Shown here in pieces: positions 39,253 through 48,924 of a stretch of 64,000 nt of DNA. The translations under genes were made by a program, and so were the position numbers. The DNA comes from an uncultured Candidatus Saccharibacteria bacterium (GTDB lineage: Bacteria; Patescibacteriota; CAZHWT01): assembly GCA_964554805.1 (NCBI GenBank), contig CAZKPX010000002.1, forward strand, positions 178,080 through 242,079, read 5' to 3'. Position 1 is the first letter of the stretch; each line of letters starts with the position of its first letter. The notes below the pieces were generated by a model that ran no database searches, was not told the DNA's origin, and saw only the letters and a list, made by a program, of their open reading frames with translations.

Positions 39253-40653
39253 CTACTCTCCATTATCTGAGCTGGCTACGGGCGCAATCTTGGCGACTGC
39301 GCTCAATATGGCTGCTGCTGCCCAGGCTTGAGTTTTGCTGGCTGTTTGTCCATGAGGAGCACGATAGTCGGTGTAGTTTTGATCATAGACATAGAGCTCG
39401 ACCGCATGCTGGTAATGACTGATCGCTTTAAGCATAGCTACTCGAACTAGGTCGGCTTCATCTTGATAGCCATAGTTGTCAAATCCTTGAGCTATCATGC
39501 TATTGTCATGAGGCCATATAGAGCCATTATGATAACTATTGGCTTGATAATGACTGGATTTGGTGCTGAGCGTGCGGATTCCAGCCATTGGTTCGAACAT
39601 ATCTGGAGACAGCAGCTGCTTGACGATGTCATCAACGCAATTGATATTGACGATACCATCCATCTGACCATCTTCGTCCTGATTTAAGCTTGCCCACAAA
39701 CAATGACCAATAGATGAACGTATATTTTTTATTTTGCGCCCCTGGCCATCAATGCCGGAAGCGAGGGTATATCGAGATCCTTCTATCACATAATGACGAT
39801 TAAAATCTTCCTTTAACTGACCTGCTCTTCGCTCTAACAAGCTAGATATGGTTGAATGATGTGGTTGGTGTTGGTTCTGCGAAAAGTAATTGGACCATAA
39901 GCGCAACCCTAAATAGGTATAGGCTTGCGCTTCAACGGGGGCGATGGGGTGCGGAACTGGCTGCTGATCCTCATGGAACGTAGATTCACTACTGTCCATC
40001 CAATTTTGATTTTGCAGCCCACCAAAGGTGCGCCGAGGATTGAGCTGATAGTCGATGAATCCATCTCCATTGCTATCTCCATACCAAAATATCCAATGGA
40101 TGGCAGCCTGGACGCTAGGAATAATCTGGTCAACGAATTGCTGGTCAAGTAGATTATTGGCGTGAGCTATCTGATGATAGCGATAGGCGGTAATGAGAAA
40201 AAGTGGCGTAGCGTCAACAGTATCGTAATTACGCATAGCTTGATCGGGATATATATACCAGGCTTTTTCATGACCATTTAGGCCACCCATTGAAGTTAGG
40301 TGCTCGTGTTTGTCTGGCCGATACTCATGAATTATCTTACCGGGTTCTTCCCCGCTCTCAATATTAAGGTTCTGGCCTTGCAATTGTGCCATGGTCAGCA
40401 ATACCTTGCGCACGATATTTAAGAACTTGGCATCTTTGGTAATCTGATAGACCTTTAAAAGTTGCAAACTGGTAATTAATGAATCCCGACCGAATATACA
40501 GCCAAATAACTCATTGCGAGCCGAGGCTAAAATACCGGTTTCGGTTTCCAGCTCATTTATAGCTTGGTAACCTAACCTCCACAGAAAATCCCAGTTTGTA
40601 TTGACATCTGTGTTGTTGATTAATGATTGGGGTGATGATTGAGGTTGTGGCAT
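39253..40653 (-). CDS. Amylo-alpha-1,6-glucosidase / glycogen-debranching-enzyme-like glycoside hydrolase
   Basis: An (alpha/alpha)6-barrel GDE_C-type sequence (...GDSNGDGFIDY..., ...QGFDNYGY...). It is adjacent to the phosphorylase and GT4 genes. Confidence 0.65.
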   Translation of the reverse strand: MPQPQSSPQSLINNTDVNTNWDFLWRLGYQAINELETETGILASARNELFGCIFGRDSLITSLQLLKVYQITKDAKFLNIVRKVLLTMAQLQGQNLNIESGEEPGKIIHEYRPDKHEHLTSMGGLNGHEKAWYIYPDQAMRNYDTVDATPLFLITAYRYHQIAHANNLLDQQFVDQIIPSVQAAIHWIFWYGDSNGDGFIDYQLNPRRTFGGLQNQNWMDSSESTFHEDQQPVPHPIAPVEAQAYTYLGLRLWSNYFSQNQHQPHHSTISSLLERRAGQLKEDFNRHYVIEGSRYTLASGIDGQGRKIKNIRSSIGHCLWASLNQDEDGQMDGIVNINCVDDIVKQLLSPDMFEPMAGIRTLSTKSSHYQANSYHNGSIWPHDNSMIAQGFDNYGYQDEADLVRVAMLKAISHYQHAVELYVYDQNYTDYRAPHGQTASKTQAWAAAAILSAVAKIAPVASSDNGE

Positions 40654-40739
40654 AAGAGGGGCAATCTATATCATGACAACAGCATGCAGGCTCAATTGCT
40701 CCAATGAGCGCTACTCTGCTATGGTGTTGCGGTGCTATT

Positions 40740-41837
40740 TTAAGCACTCAGCGGCAAACTGTTGGCCGACGCCTTGGCTGTGCGCGATCTCGGCTTACGC
40801 TGCTGAATGATTGACTGGTATATCTGTTCATACCCCTTAGCCATTCGATGGGCATTAAAGTTTTCTAATGCATGACGCCGACATTCCCGGCGATCAATGA
40901 GGTCTATTGATGTGACAGCTTCAACCATTTCTTCAGTGTCTTCTACAACAAAACCCGTTTTGCCTTGCAAAACTAGCTCTCGGATAGAGCCGCGCCCAAA
41001 GGCAACGATAGGACAGCCACAGGCCATCGCTTCGATAAGTGTTAGTCCAAATGGCTCGCGGAAGCTGACAGGGTGTAAAAAGACCTTGGCTTTGGACATC
41101 AACTGATTGCGTTGATCTGTATCGACTTCACCGATCCACTTAATTTTTTGTCCGTCCAGTCGTGGCTCTACATACTCCTTAAAGTACTGGACATCAGGCC
41201 GATGATTCAATTCTAGTTTTGCAGCAATTATGAGCGGCATATTGAGGTATTGAGCCACTTCAATTGCATGGTGCACCCCTTTTTCTTCAGAGATCCTGCC
41301 GACAAACAGCAGATAGCCGTCATGCTGATCGCTAAATGGATAATCTTCCATCGGCAGCCCGTTATAGACTACCCCGGCTATAGGCAAGTGAGGCACTGGC
41401 TTGACTTGTCCTTGAGAGATAGCAACCAAATGGACTCGATCAGCCACTGCTTCAAAGAGCTTGCGGTTGCTGGTTGAGAATGGTCCATGCAGTGTACTCA
41501 CAACTGGGGTTGGGCTGACAACACCTGCTAGCATACCTGCGCTATTGGTATGCTCATGAATAATGTCAAACTCATCAGCATGCTTAAAGGCATTGACTAG
41601 GTTTAAGGTTGTGTAATCATTCATTCCGTAGACATTCTTTATTTTGCTGACGCGCAGTGAGCTAGGAACTACCGATTCAAGTTTGGCGGAGGTAACTGAA
41701 TCGCCGCTGGCAAAGAGGGTTACTTTATGACCCATCTCAACAAGCTCTTCAACAAGAGCATGCACCATTCGTTCAATTCCTCCATATAGTTGAGGTGGAA
41801 CACTTTCAATTGGATTAACAATTTGGGCTATTCTCAT
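40740..41837 (-). CDS. Glycosyltransferase family 4 (glycogen/alpha-glucan synthase-like)
   Basis: A GT-B fold with the EX7E-type C-terminal motif (FLHPVSFREPFGLTLIEAMACGCPIVAF). The start is set at the MRIAQI Met, with AAGGAG 6 nt upstream. The ORF-track start at 41855 lies inside the SD. Confidence 0.75.
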   Translation of the reverse strand: MRIAQIVNPIESVPPQLYGGIERMVHALVEELVEMGHKVTLFASGDSVTSAKLESVVPSSLRVSKIKNVYGMNDYTTLNLVNAFKHADEFDIIHEHTNSAGMLAGVVSPTPVVSTLHGPFSTSNRKLFEAVADRVHLVAISQGQVKPVPHLPIAGVVYNGLPMEDYPFSDQHDGYLLFVGRISEEKGVHHAIEVAQYLNMPLIIAAKLELNHRPDVQYFKEYVEPRLDGQKIKWIGEVDTDQRNQLMSKAKVFLHPVSFREPFGLTLIEAMACGCPIVAFGRGSIRELVLQGKTGFVVEDTEEMVEAVTSIDLIDRRECRRHALENFNAHRMAKGYEQIYQSIIQQRKPRSRTAKASANSLPLSA

Positions 41838-41950
41838 ATATATATCTCCTTTCATACTATACAGTATGGTTGTATCTTTACATTATCATATGATAGTATG
41901 TTAATGCAACTAACCGTTGTCAGGTACGCGACTACAGAAAGGATGTATGC

Positions 41951-43141
41951 ATGAAGATATTACAAATAGCACCTCCATGGATTGGTATCCCTCCCCAGAA
42001 TTACGGAGGCACAGAGTGGATAATATCCAACCTCATTAATGAGCTGCACCGCAATGGTCATGACGTGACGTTGTTCGGTACGGGGAATAGCCAGACTCCG
42101 GCAACATTGAAGTATGTTTATGAAACTGGTCTGTTCGAACAAAACGATGCCGAATGGTCATTGATGCAACCAGCCTTAGCTTTGCCGGCATTAGTTCATT
42201 ACGACCAGGCATTTAAGGAAGCGGCGACCGGTCAATACGATATAGTGCATGCTCATCTATCTGCAGGGACTGATCTGATGAAGCTGAAGTTTTTGTCGGA
42301 ATTAAAAGTACCTTATATTGCTACAACGCATATGATATTCCCCTTTGATAAATGGTCAAACAAGGATGATGAGTATATAAAATACTATGCTAAAAATATT
42401 AAGCTAGTCTTTATTAGTGAAACACAGTCAGCGCTCTATCCTGATGATTTTAATAAGCTAGGAATTGTCCACAATAGCCTTGATTTGAGCTTGCACACAT
42501 TTCAGTCAAGACCTGCGGGTCGCGAGGGTCGCCCATACCTGACCTGGCTGGGGAAGATTATGCCGTGGAAGGGTCTAGATGTGGCAATCGAGGTAGCTAA
42601 GGCTACTGACCAGCGATTAGTATTTGCAGGCGTTCTGGACGAGACTAATCATCCCGAATCAATGGTCTACTTTAAAGAGAAGATTGAACCCCACATTGAT
42701 GGAGATCAGATTCAGTATCTCGGTCCAGCTAATTTGGCTCTCAAGAATGAACTGTTGGGCAATGCTTCGGCTTTTCTCAACCCCATTTCCTGGTCCGAGC
42801 CGTTTGGGATGGTGGTGATTGAAGCAATGGCTTGCGGCACACCGGTCATATCATTTGCCCGTGGTGGTGCGACAGAGATTGTTCGTCATGGTAATAATGG
42901 CCTGCTGGTTAATGACACCGACCAGATGATTGAAGCGGTGTCAGGCATAGATACTATTGATCGACTCCAGTGTCGTCAGTCGGTTGAAGAACGATTCTCC
43001 GCTCAAGCCATGACTAATAAATACGTAGAGCTCTACACGACAAGTCGGTCCATGCACGGTCTTACATCCACCTATTCTGTCGATAATCAGACCAGATCGC
43101 AGCTCAATTTTCTTGATCTGGAGCCTCAGCTGGCAAGGTAG
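41951..43141 (+). CDS. Glycosyltransferase family 4
   Basis: A GT-B fold (FLNPISWSEPFGMVVIEAMACGTPVISF). An AAGGA SD lies 8 nt upstream. It is divergent from the other GT4. Confidence 0.75.
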   Translation: MKILQIAPPWIGIPPQNYGGTEWIISNLINELHRNGHDVTLFGTGNSQTPATLKYVYETGLFEQNDAEWSLMQPALALPALVHYDQAFKEAATGQYDIVHAHLSAGTDLMKLKFLSELKVPYIATTHMIFPFDKWSNKDDEYIKYYAKNIKLVFISETQSALYPDDFNKLGIVHNSLDLSLHTFQSRPAGREGRPYLTWLGKIMPWKGLDVAIEVAKATDQRLVFAGVLDETNHPESMVYFKEKIEPHIDGDQIQYLGPANLALKNELLGNASAFLNPISWSEPFGMVVIEAMACGTPVISFARGGATEIVRHGNNGLLVNDTDQMIEAVSGIDTIDRLQCRQSVEERFSAQAMTNKYVELYTTSRSMHGLTSTYSVDNQTRSQLNFLDLEPQLAR

Positions 43142-43742
43142 GAAACAGAACTCCTCTGGCTTTTCGGATGAGGACTATTGCCACCAGAACCACGCTAACA
43201 GTTATGGCCATCATTAAGAGTTTATTGCTCAGTAGGTCATACACAAGCTCAGCAATATTCTCCCCTAGGTAAAACCCAGCCAAAAGGTATATTGTGGACC
43301 AGACGATGGTGGTGGGAATGACAGTGTAGATAAACTTGAGGTACGGCATGTTAAGAATGCCGGCCGCAATGGTTCCCAGAATACGAGCTCCTGGAGTAAA
43401 TCTAGCAATAACTAAAAACCATACTCCATGGTTATTCATGGCTATTTCTAGCTGCTTGATTGTGCGAGGGGTTATTTTGAGATGCTTGAGAATATTCTGA
43501 TACTTGTAAATAAGGTGTGTGCCAAATTTTCTGGAAATCACATACAGTAGCGTTGATCCGAGAAACGTGGCTAGTGTGACACCTGCAATAACAGCAACTA
43601 TCTGCCATGGCTGCAAATCCCCTTTAAAGCCGACAAAAAACAATAGTGTGCCGCTTGATATAAGGAGAGGTATGCCCGCCTCTTCGATGAGCATATGAAA
43701 GAATGTAACAAGGATAGGGTTGTCTAAGACAAGCTGCAGCAT
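43104..43742 (-). CDS. DedA family membrane protein (second copy)
   Basis: It has the DedA signature (IEEAGIPLLISSGTLLF...FTPGARILGTIAAG). Its 3' end overlaps the convergent GT4 by 38 nt. Confidence 0.8.
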   Translation of the reverse strand: MLQLVLDNPILVTFFHMLIEEAGIPLLISSGTLLFFVGFKGDLQPWQIVAVIAGVTLATFLGSTLLYVISRKFGTHLIYKYQNILKHLKITPRTIKQLEIAMNNHGVWFLVIARFTPGARILGTIAAGILNMPYLKFIYTVIPTTIVWSTIYLLAGFYLGENIAELVYDLLSNKLLMMAITVSVVLVAIVLIRKARGVLFPTLPAEAPDQEN

Positions 43743-44299
43743 ATGGGTAGTATTCCAGAATTAATAGAATGTGACAAGGTGTTCAAATAGCAGCCCCAGA
43801 ATAGAAATGCTGGTATCTATGGCTTCTAGGTCGAGTATTTTGGAGAAATCTGACTTGATGTTGCTATTATCGAGCCATTCTTTTTCTTTGGCCTGTGCTT
43901 GTTGCTTAAAACCGTGCGTTATAAAAGTAGACGGGTAAAGCCAACAACTGCGCCCAAAGCCATCAGATCATTGACTTGAATTGATTGCCAGACTACAGCT
44001 GCCAGAATGACAGACACAACAGCATAAAACCAGCCGCTATGCTTTTGGATAAAAAACCCTCGCAGGCAAACCCTATATTTTTATGATCGATAAATAACCA
44101 ATGGAGGAATAAAAAGACCATAAATATTCCACCACCGACCAATAAGATGGGCGTAGACTGTTGGATCGAGTCCAGAGCCTGCTCATCACCAGTCAAGGTA
44201 GCCGTCCGTGAGCCGAATAGTCCGAGGAGGATTCAACGCCCATGCAATTACCAGCGGCAGTAAACCTCTCACACCACATACAGCAATAGGAATATAGCG
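43743..44299 (-). pseudogene. Probable degraded membrane-protein gene (DedA-like N-terminal remnants with frameshifts or stops)
   Basis: A 557-bp stretch with no intact ORF. Minus-strand frames give broken hydrophobic fragments (EAIDTSISILGLLFEHLVTFY*, ...ILLGLFGSRTATLTGDEQ...LLVGGGIFMVFLFLHWLF...) resembling the DedA N-terminus (LVLDNPILVTFFHMLIEE). Confidence 0.3.
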
Positions 44300-45541
44300 C
44301 TACGGAAGAGGGAATTTGGTTATGAACTGACGCACTTTGTCAGCTAACTGATTGAGCTCTGTTTGACTATGTTTTGTGTTTAATGCTTGGGCGATGAATT
44401 GGCCGACTTGAACCATATCTTCCTCTTTGAGACCACGAGTTGTAACTGCTGGTGAGCCGAGGCGTAAACCAGAGGTGACGAATGGGGAGCGAGTTTCGCG
44501 CGGCACAGTATTTTTATTGACTGTAATATTGACGCTATCAAGGATTTCTTCGGCCTGCTTGCCTGTAAGTCCAGTTTTTTCTGAACCCAAATCTATCATT
44601 AATAAATGATTGTCGGTGCCGCCAGTCACAAGACGGAAATCATTCTTGGCCAACTCGGTTGCCAGAGCCTGAGCATTGTGTAGGACTTGTTTTTGATATT
44701 GTTGGAATTCCCGAGTGCTGGCCTCATCAAATGCCACAGCTTTACCGGCGATGACATGCTCTAGTGGACCACCTTGGATACCAGGGAAAATGGCTTTGTC
44801 GATTTTTTCAGCGTACTGCCCCCTACTTAATATGAGGCCGCCTCGTGGACCTCGAAGAGTTTTGTGGGTGGAAGAGGTAACAAAATCAGCATGAGGTACT
44901 GGTGATGGATGAAGGCCAGCGGCCACAAGTCCGGCAATATGGGCCATGTCGACTAATAAATATGCCTTGACTGACTGAGCAATCTCAGCAAACTTGGCAA
45001 AGTCTAGTAGCCTGGGATAGGCAGTTATGCCGGCCACCAGCAGCTTGGGCTTGATTATTTGGGCCTGATTATACAACGCTTCGTAATCAATGCGCTCTGT
45101 CTGGGGATCAACGCCGTAGTGGGTAAATTTGTATAGCTTACCGCTAAAGTTAACTGGACTGCCGTGAGTCAGATGTCCCCCTTGAGTTAAGGATAGACCC
45201 ATAACTTTGTCGCCAGGTTTGAGCATGGCATGATAGACAGCCATATTGGGCGCTGAACCTGAATGGGGCTGGACGTTGGCATGCTCAGCGCCGAATAAGG
45301 CTTTGGCTCTGTCGATGGCTAACTGTTCAATCTGGTCAACTATTTCGCAACCACCATAATAGCGGTGCCCTGGATAGCCTTCAGCATATTTATTGGTCAG
45401 AATTGAGCCAGTCGCCTGCAGAACAGCAGCTGAAACATAGTTTTCAGAGGCGATTAACTCAACCTTATCGCGTTGACGAATATATTCTTGTTCAATCAGA
45501 TCAGCGATGATTGGATCCTGTTTAGCAAGTGCATCAGACAT
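44300..45541 (-). CDS. glyA: Serine hydroxymethyltransferase
   Basis: The PLP-Lys context ([15 protein letters not shown]), a full-length SHMT fold and 413 aa. Confidence 0.95.
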   Translation of the reverse strand: MSDALAKQDPIIADLIEQEYIRQRDKVELIASENYVSAAVLQATGSILTNKYAEGYPGHRYYGGCEIVDQIEQLAIDRAKALFGAEHANVQPHSGSAPNMAVYHAMLKPGDKVMGLSLTQGGHLTHGSPVNFSGKLYKFTHYGVDPQTERIDYEALYNQAQIIKPKLLVAGITAYPRLLDFAKFAEIAQSVKAYLLVDMAHIAGLVAAGLHPSPVPHADFVTSSTHKTLRGPRGGLILSRGQYAEKIDKAIFPGIQGGPLEHVIAGKAVAFDEASTREFQQYQKQVLHNAQALATELAKNDFRLVTGGTDNHLLMIDLGSEKTGLTGKQAEEILDSVNITVNKNTVPRETRSPFVTSGLRLGSPAVTTRGLKEEDMVQVGQFIAQALNTKHSQTELNQLADKVRQFITKFPLP

Positions 45542-45612
45542 GTTACTACCCCTTTGACTTTATAATAGCTATTATGCAGGATGACGGCCTAGGGGTGCAA
45601 TTAGTAAATTTT

Positions 45613-47946
45613 TTAAGGCCCTATGGGAGGGAAGAGAAAAGTTGGAGTCGGTGACGTCGTTGTTGGTGTGGGAGTTGCTGTCGGTGTTGGGGTAGGAGTC
45701 GCAGTCGGGGTGGGTGTGGGGGTATTAATTGGACTTGGGGTGGCCGAAGGACTGGTTTCTTCGGGGGTTGGGGTTGAGGTTGGGGTCGGAACTGCGTTGC
45801 AGCGGTTTTTAGGCTGGTTGCTGCGCAGGAAGTATTCCATGACAGTATTCTGACCGGTTTGGCTGGCAATGGCCTCCTGGCCCCGACAGATTGGCAGCTG
45901 GACTACGTTGCTGGGCTTGTTAAAGTTTTCAACTGCTTTGCCGCGAAGGTAGTATTCCATAACCTGATTCCAGATCGGTGCAGCCGCGGTGGCGCCGGCT
46001 GATGACATGGGCGTACTGGCCGTATTCCCCACCCACACGCCAACCACTACCTGAGGGGTATAGCCGAAGGTCCACGCATCTTTGGCTTCATCGGTAGTAC
46101 CTGTTTTGACTGCAGCTGGACGTGATAGTTTGAGAGGACTATTGCTGCCAAATATTTCTGAGCGAGCGGTATTGTCGGACAATATATCTGTGATTAAGTA
46201 CACCACACCCTTGTCAAAGACTTGCTTGCCAGCATTAGAAACATTATCAAACAAGCCCAGAGTTCTTTGCGGATAGACCTGTGATCCATTTTTGTCCACA
46301 ATCTTGGTATAGCTCGTCAAATCCCGATATTGACCTTCGTCGGCCAAGGTGGCATAAGCATGTGTTACATCTATGAGCGGCATCTCCGCGCAACCGAGCA
46401 CCACGGCCAAGCTACAGTTGCTAACACTTGATTGATTAATATTGGCTACTCCCGCCACTTTCATCGTGTTAACAAAGCTGTTGACACCAATCTCGCGTAC
46501 TGTCTCCACGGCTGGGATATTGAGGGAATTGGCAAGCGCTCGACGAACTGTCACATTACCGCGGAATCGGCGATCAGCATTCTGGGGCTTGTAGCCGCCA
46601 CCAAAGTCAGTTAGCTTATCGTTTAAAATAGTAGCTGGCGTATAGTCTTGGTTAAAAGCCTCTAGATAGGCAAAGGGCTTGGTAGCGCTACCGGGCTGGC
46701 GAGTATTGGCCGTCGCGACGTTAAATTTGCCGTTAATGTCGTCATTGTTGTAGTCTGCTGATCCGACCATAGTTAGTATTTGACCATTGTTGGGGTCAAT
46801 AGCTACTAGTGCCCCATTGTTGGCACCTGCTCTGGCCAGATTGGCTACCTGCTTGGCTACCACATCTTGGGCTTTGGTTTGTAAATCAATATCAAGTGTT
46901 GTGTAGACCTTATATCCAGAACGGTAAATAACATCTTCGCCATAGGTTTTACTGAGCTGATTGGTTAGGTATTCTACAAAATGGGGCGCCTGACTGGCTG
47001 TGGATAAGCTTTCAGCGGACTGATAGTTCAATTCTACTGCTTGAGCCTGTTCCATTTCTGCTTGGGTAATATCGCCAACTGCCACCATGGCTCGCAGGAC
47101 TTGACGCTGGCGCTGTCCGGCCAATTCAAGGCTACCATCAATTGGCGAATAGGCACTTGGGGCTTGGGGTAAGCCGGCCAGCATAGACGCTTCAGGCACG
47201 GTTAACTCTTTGGCTGACTTACCAAAATAGGTTTGAGCGGCATCTTCAACCCCATACGCTCCAGCTCCATAATAGGTGGAGGTCAGGTATAGTTCTAGGA
47301 TCTGATCCTTGCTGTAGCGACGATCGATCTCGATGGACAGAACCAGCTCTTGGAACTTTCTGACTAGGCTTTTTTCCTGCGTTAGTAGGGCATTTTTAAC
47401 CAGCTGTTGGGTGATGGTCGATCCGCCTGAGGCAGTGGCGTCTCCGATGCGGATGTTGTACCAAATAGAGCGGGCAATTGATTGAGGGCTGAACCCACCA
47501 TGCTTGTAGAAGTCTCTGTCTTCAATGGCCAAGGTGGCCTTTTCTAAATTATCAGAGATATCATCCAATTTGATAATAGTGGTGTCACGGGCATCGGCAG
47601 TCCGATAGAATTCTTTGCCGCTTTTGTCATAAAAAATGAGCCCAGAATTCTTACGATTGATAATAGACTCAGGTGTAGCTAGGCTATTGGCGAAGACAGC
47701 ATAGGTAATGGCTGCCACGATAATTAATAGAGCTGCACCGCCACTGGCAATCAGCAGCATTAGTTTGGGGTTTTTCAAAATTCCCAGAGCTGACTTTCTT
47801 AGTTTTTGCCGAAAGGTCTTGGGTTTTGGTTTTTTGGTGCGAGTTAATGTCGGATCAACAAAGGCCATAGAGTTATTTTGATTAATTTTCTCAGCCTTGA
47901 CTGAGTCGATGTCGTGCTGGTTTGAAGTAAGATTTTGATCTGCCAT
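45613..47946 (-). CDS. Class A penicillin-binding protein (PBP1A; glycosyltransferase + transpeptidase) with a C-terminal Pro/Thr-rich tail
   Basis: It has GT51 motifs (EDRDFYKHGG, GGSTITQQL) and TPase motifs (SxxK: SATKPF; SxN; KTG: KTGTT). The last ~60 aa are (PT)n low complexity. Confidence 0.9.
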   Translation of the reverse strand: MADQNLTSNQHDIDSVKAEKINQNNSMAFVDPTLTRTKKPKPKTFRQKLRKSALGILKNPKLMLLIASGGAALLIIVAAITYAVFANSLATPESIINRKNSGLIFYDKSGKEFYRTADARDTTIIKLDDISDNLEKATLAIEDRDFYKHGGFSPQSIARSIWYNIRIGDATASGGSTITQQLVKNALLTQEKSLVRKFQELVLSIEIDRRYSKDQILELYLTSTYYGAGAYGVEDAAQTYFGKSAKELTVPEASMLAGLPQAPSAYSPIDGSLELAGQRQRQVLRAMVAVGDITQAEMEQAQAVELNYQSAESLSTASQAPHFVEYLTNQLSKTYGEDVIYRSGYKVYTTLDIDLQTKAQDVVAKQVANLARAGANNGALVAIDPNNGQILTMVGSADYNNDDINGKFNVATANTRQPGSATKPFAYLEAFNQDYTPATILNDKLTDFGGGYKPQNADRRFRGNVTVRRALANSLNIPAVETVREIGVNSFVNTMKVAGVANINQSSVSNCSLAVVLGCAEMPLIDVTHAYATLADEGQYRDLTSYTKIVDKNGSQVYPQRTLGLFDNVSNAGKQVFDKGVVYLITDILSDNTARSEIFGSNSPLKLSRPAAVKTGTTDEAKDAWTFGYTPQVVVGVWVGNTASTPMSSAGATAAAPIWNQVMEYYLRGKAVENFNKPSNVVQLPICRGQEAIASQTGQNTVMEYFLRSNQPKNRCNAVPTPTSTPTPEETSPSATPSPINTPTPTPTATPTPTPTATPTPTTTSPTPTFLFPPIGP

Positions 47947-48131
47947 ATAGACAATGACTGCTATATTGTAGTTTAGTATGCCTGGTTGTTTATGGCAAGC
48001 ATACTGATAACTATGGGCAGAATTACTTGCTAAAGATACGAAATGCGACTAAGGGAAAGGTAAGAATGTTAAGGCGGCTTAGTTTTTAGGATTTAGGTTT
48101 TATGTAGAATTCCCAATAGGGCGTCCATGTT

Positions 48132-48207
48132 AAGATTTAATCCTGCACGGCGTGTTGGGATTAAATCTTGTTCTAGTTCTATTTGTTCTATTTTGTTTTT
48201 TTTATTT
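48132..48207 (+). terminator. Orphan plus-strand intrinsic-terminator-like structure upstream of the PBP1A gene
   Basis: Perfect 12-bp stem AAGATTTAATCC/GGATTAAATCTT with a 14-nt loop, followed by a long T-rich tract (TTCTATTTGTTCTATTTTGTTTTTTTTATTT). No annotated plus-strand gene lies upstream. Confidence 0.4.
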
Positions 48208-48224
48208 AAGATCTGGAGATGAGG

Positions 48225-48277
48225 GAGAGAATGGTATAGAAACGGAACGACCCGGTCGACGTGTTGTCGACCGGGTC
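48225..48277 (-). terminator. Terminator hairpin after the small membrane-protein gene
   Basis: Perfect 12-bp GC-rich stem GACCCGGTCGAC/GTCGACCGGGTC with the loop GTGTT, 16 nt past the stop. The minus-strand 3' flank is GTTCCGTTTCTAT. Confidence 0.5.
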
Positions 48278-48292
48278 TCCCACCCTGTTTGA

Positions 48293-48541
48293 CTACTCTT
48301 GGTAGCCGTACTTGTACCAGTAGTACTTTCTGGTCGCCATGACCAGGGTGACTATGGCGAAAAGGAGCAACCAGAGGATGGCTGACCAGTAGATGGGTCC
48401 CGACAGTGTCAATGTGGCCAAAATGGCGATAGCCGCGATAGCCATCAGTTTTTCGTACCGCAGCTGTTCGCGATCCATGATCCTTGACAGGAGAACCGCC
48501 AGGGCGATGACGACTAGCGCCATCAATCCTTGGTTCCTCAT
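48293..48541 (-). CDS. Small membrane protein (82 aa) within a GC-rich mini-island
   Basis: Two to three TM helices (MALVVIALAVLLS..., AIAAIAILATLTL..., ILWLLLFAIVTLVMA). The local GC content is far above the surrounding sequence. The overlapping 175-aa Arg/His-rich ORF in another frame is judged spurious. Confidence 0.45.
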   Translation of the reverse strand: MRNQGLMALVVIALAVLLSRIMDREQLRYEKLMAIAAIAILATLTLSGPIYWSAILWLLLFAIVTLVMATRKYYWYKYGYQE

Positions 48542-48924
48542 CAGACCGAGAACCAGGAGGCTGGATGATCCAGCCGCCAGATAGCCGGCCTGTCTGACCG
48601 TCGTGTTTTTTCGAGTGCATGGTATTGTCCCATGACTCGATTGGATACGCTTGTGCCGTCTACCGATCCGGTGAATGTTGTGCTCACGGAAGGATCCCCT
48701 TGGTTAGCCTAAAGACCACGACTTACGTGGTTGTGTATATGTTATAGCCTATAGTTATAATATTGTCAAGCTTTTGACTTTCATAGCATTGATAATTGGT
48801 TGCGCAAGGATAAAGAGCGATGCAAATAGTGATTATGATTGTCAACTTACATCTAAACCACAACACACCCAGGTCTTATGACATGAGTGTGTTTTGTATC
48901 AATCTGGTGACAGTTAAAATTAAC

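Noticed and set aside
48093-48620. 175-aa Arg/His/Gly-rich ORF on the minus strand
   Set aside because: It is an alternative frame across the GC-rich segment. The low-complexity basic composition is typical of out-of-frame translation. The 82-aa multi-TM ORF in the other frame is more protein-like.
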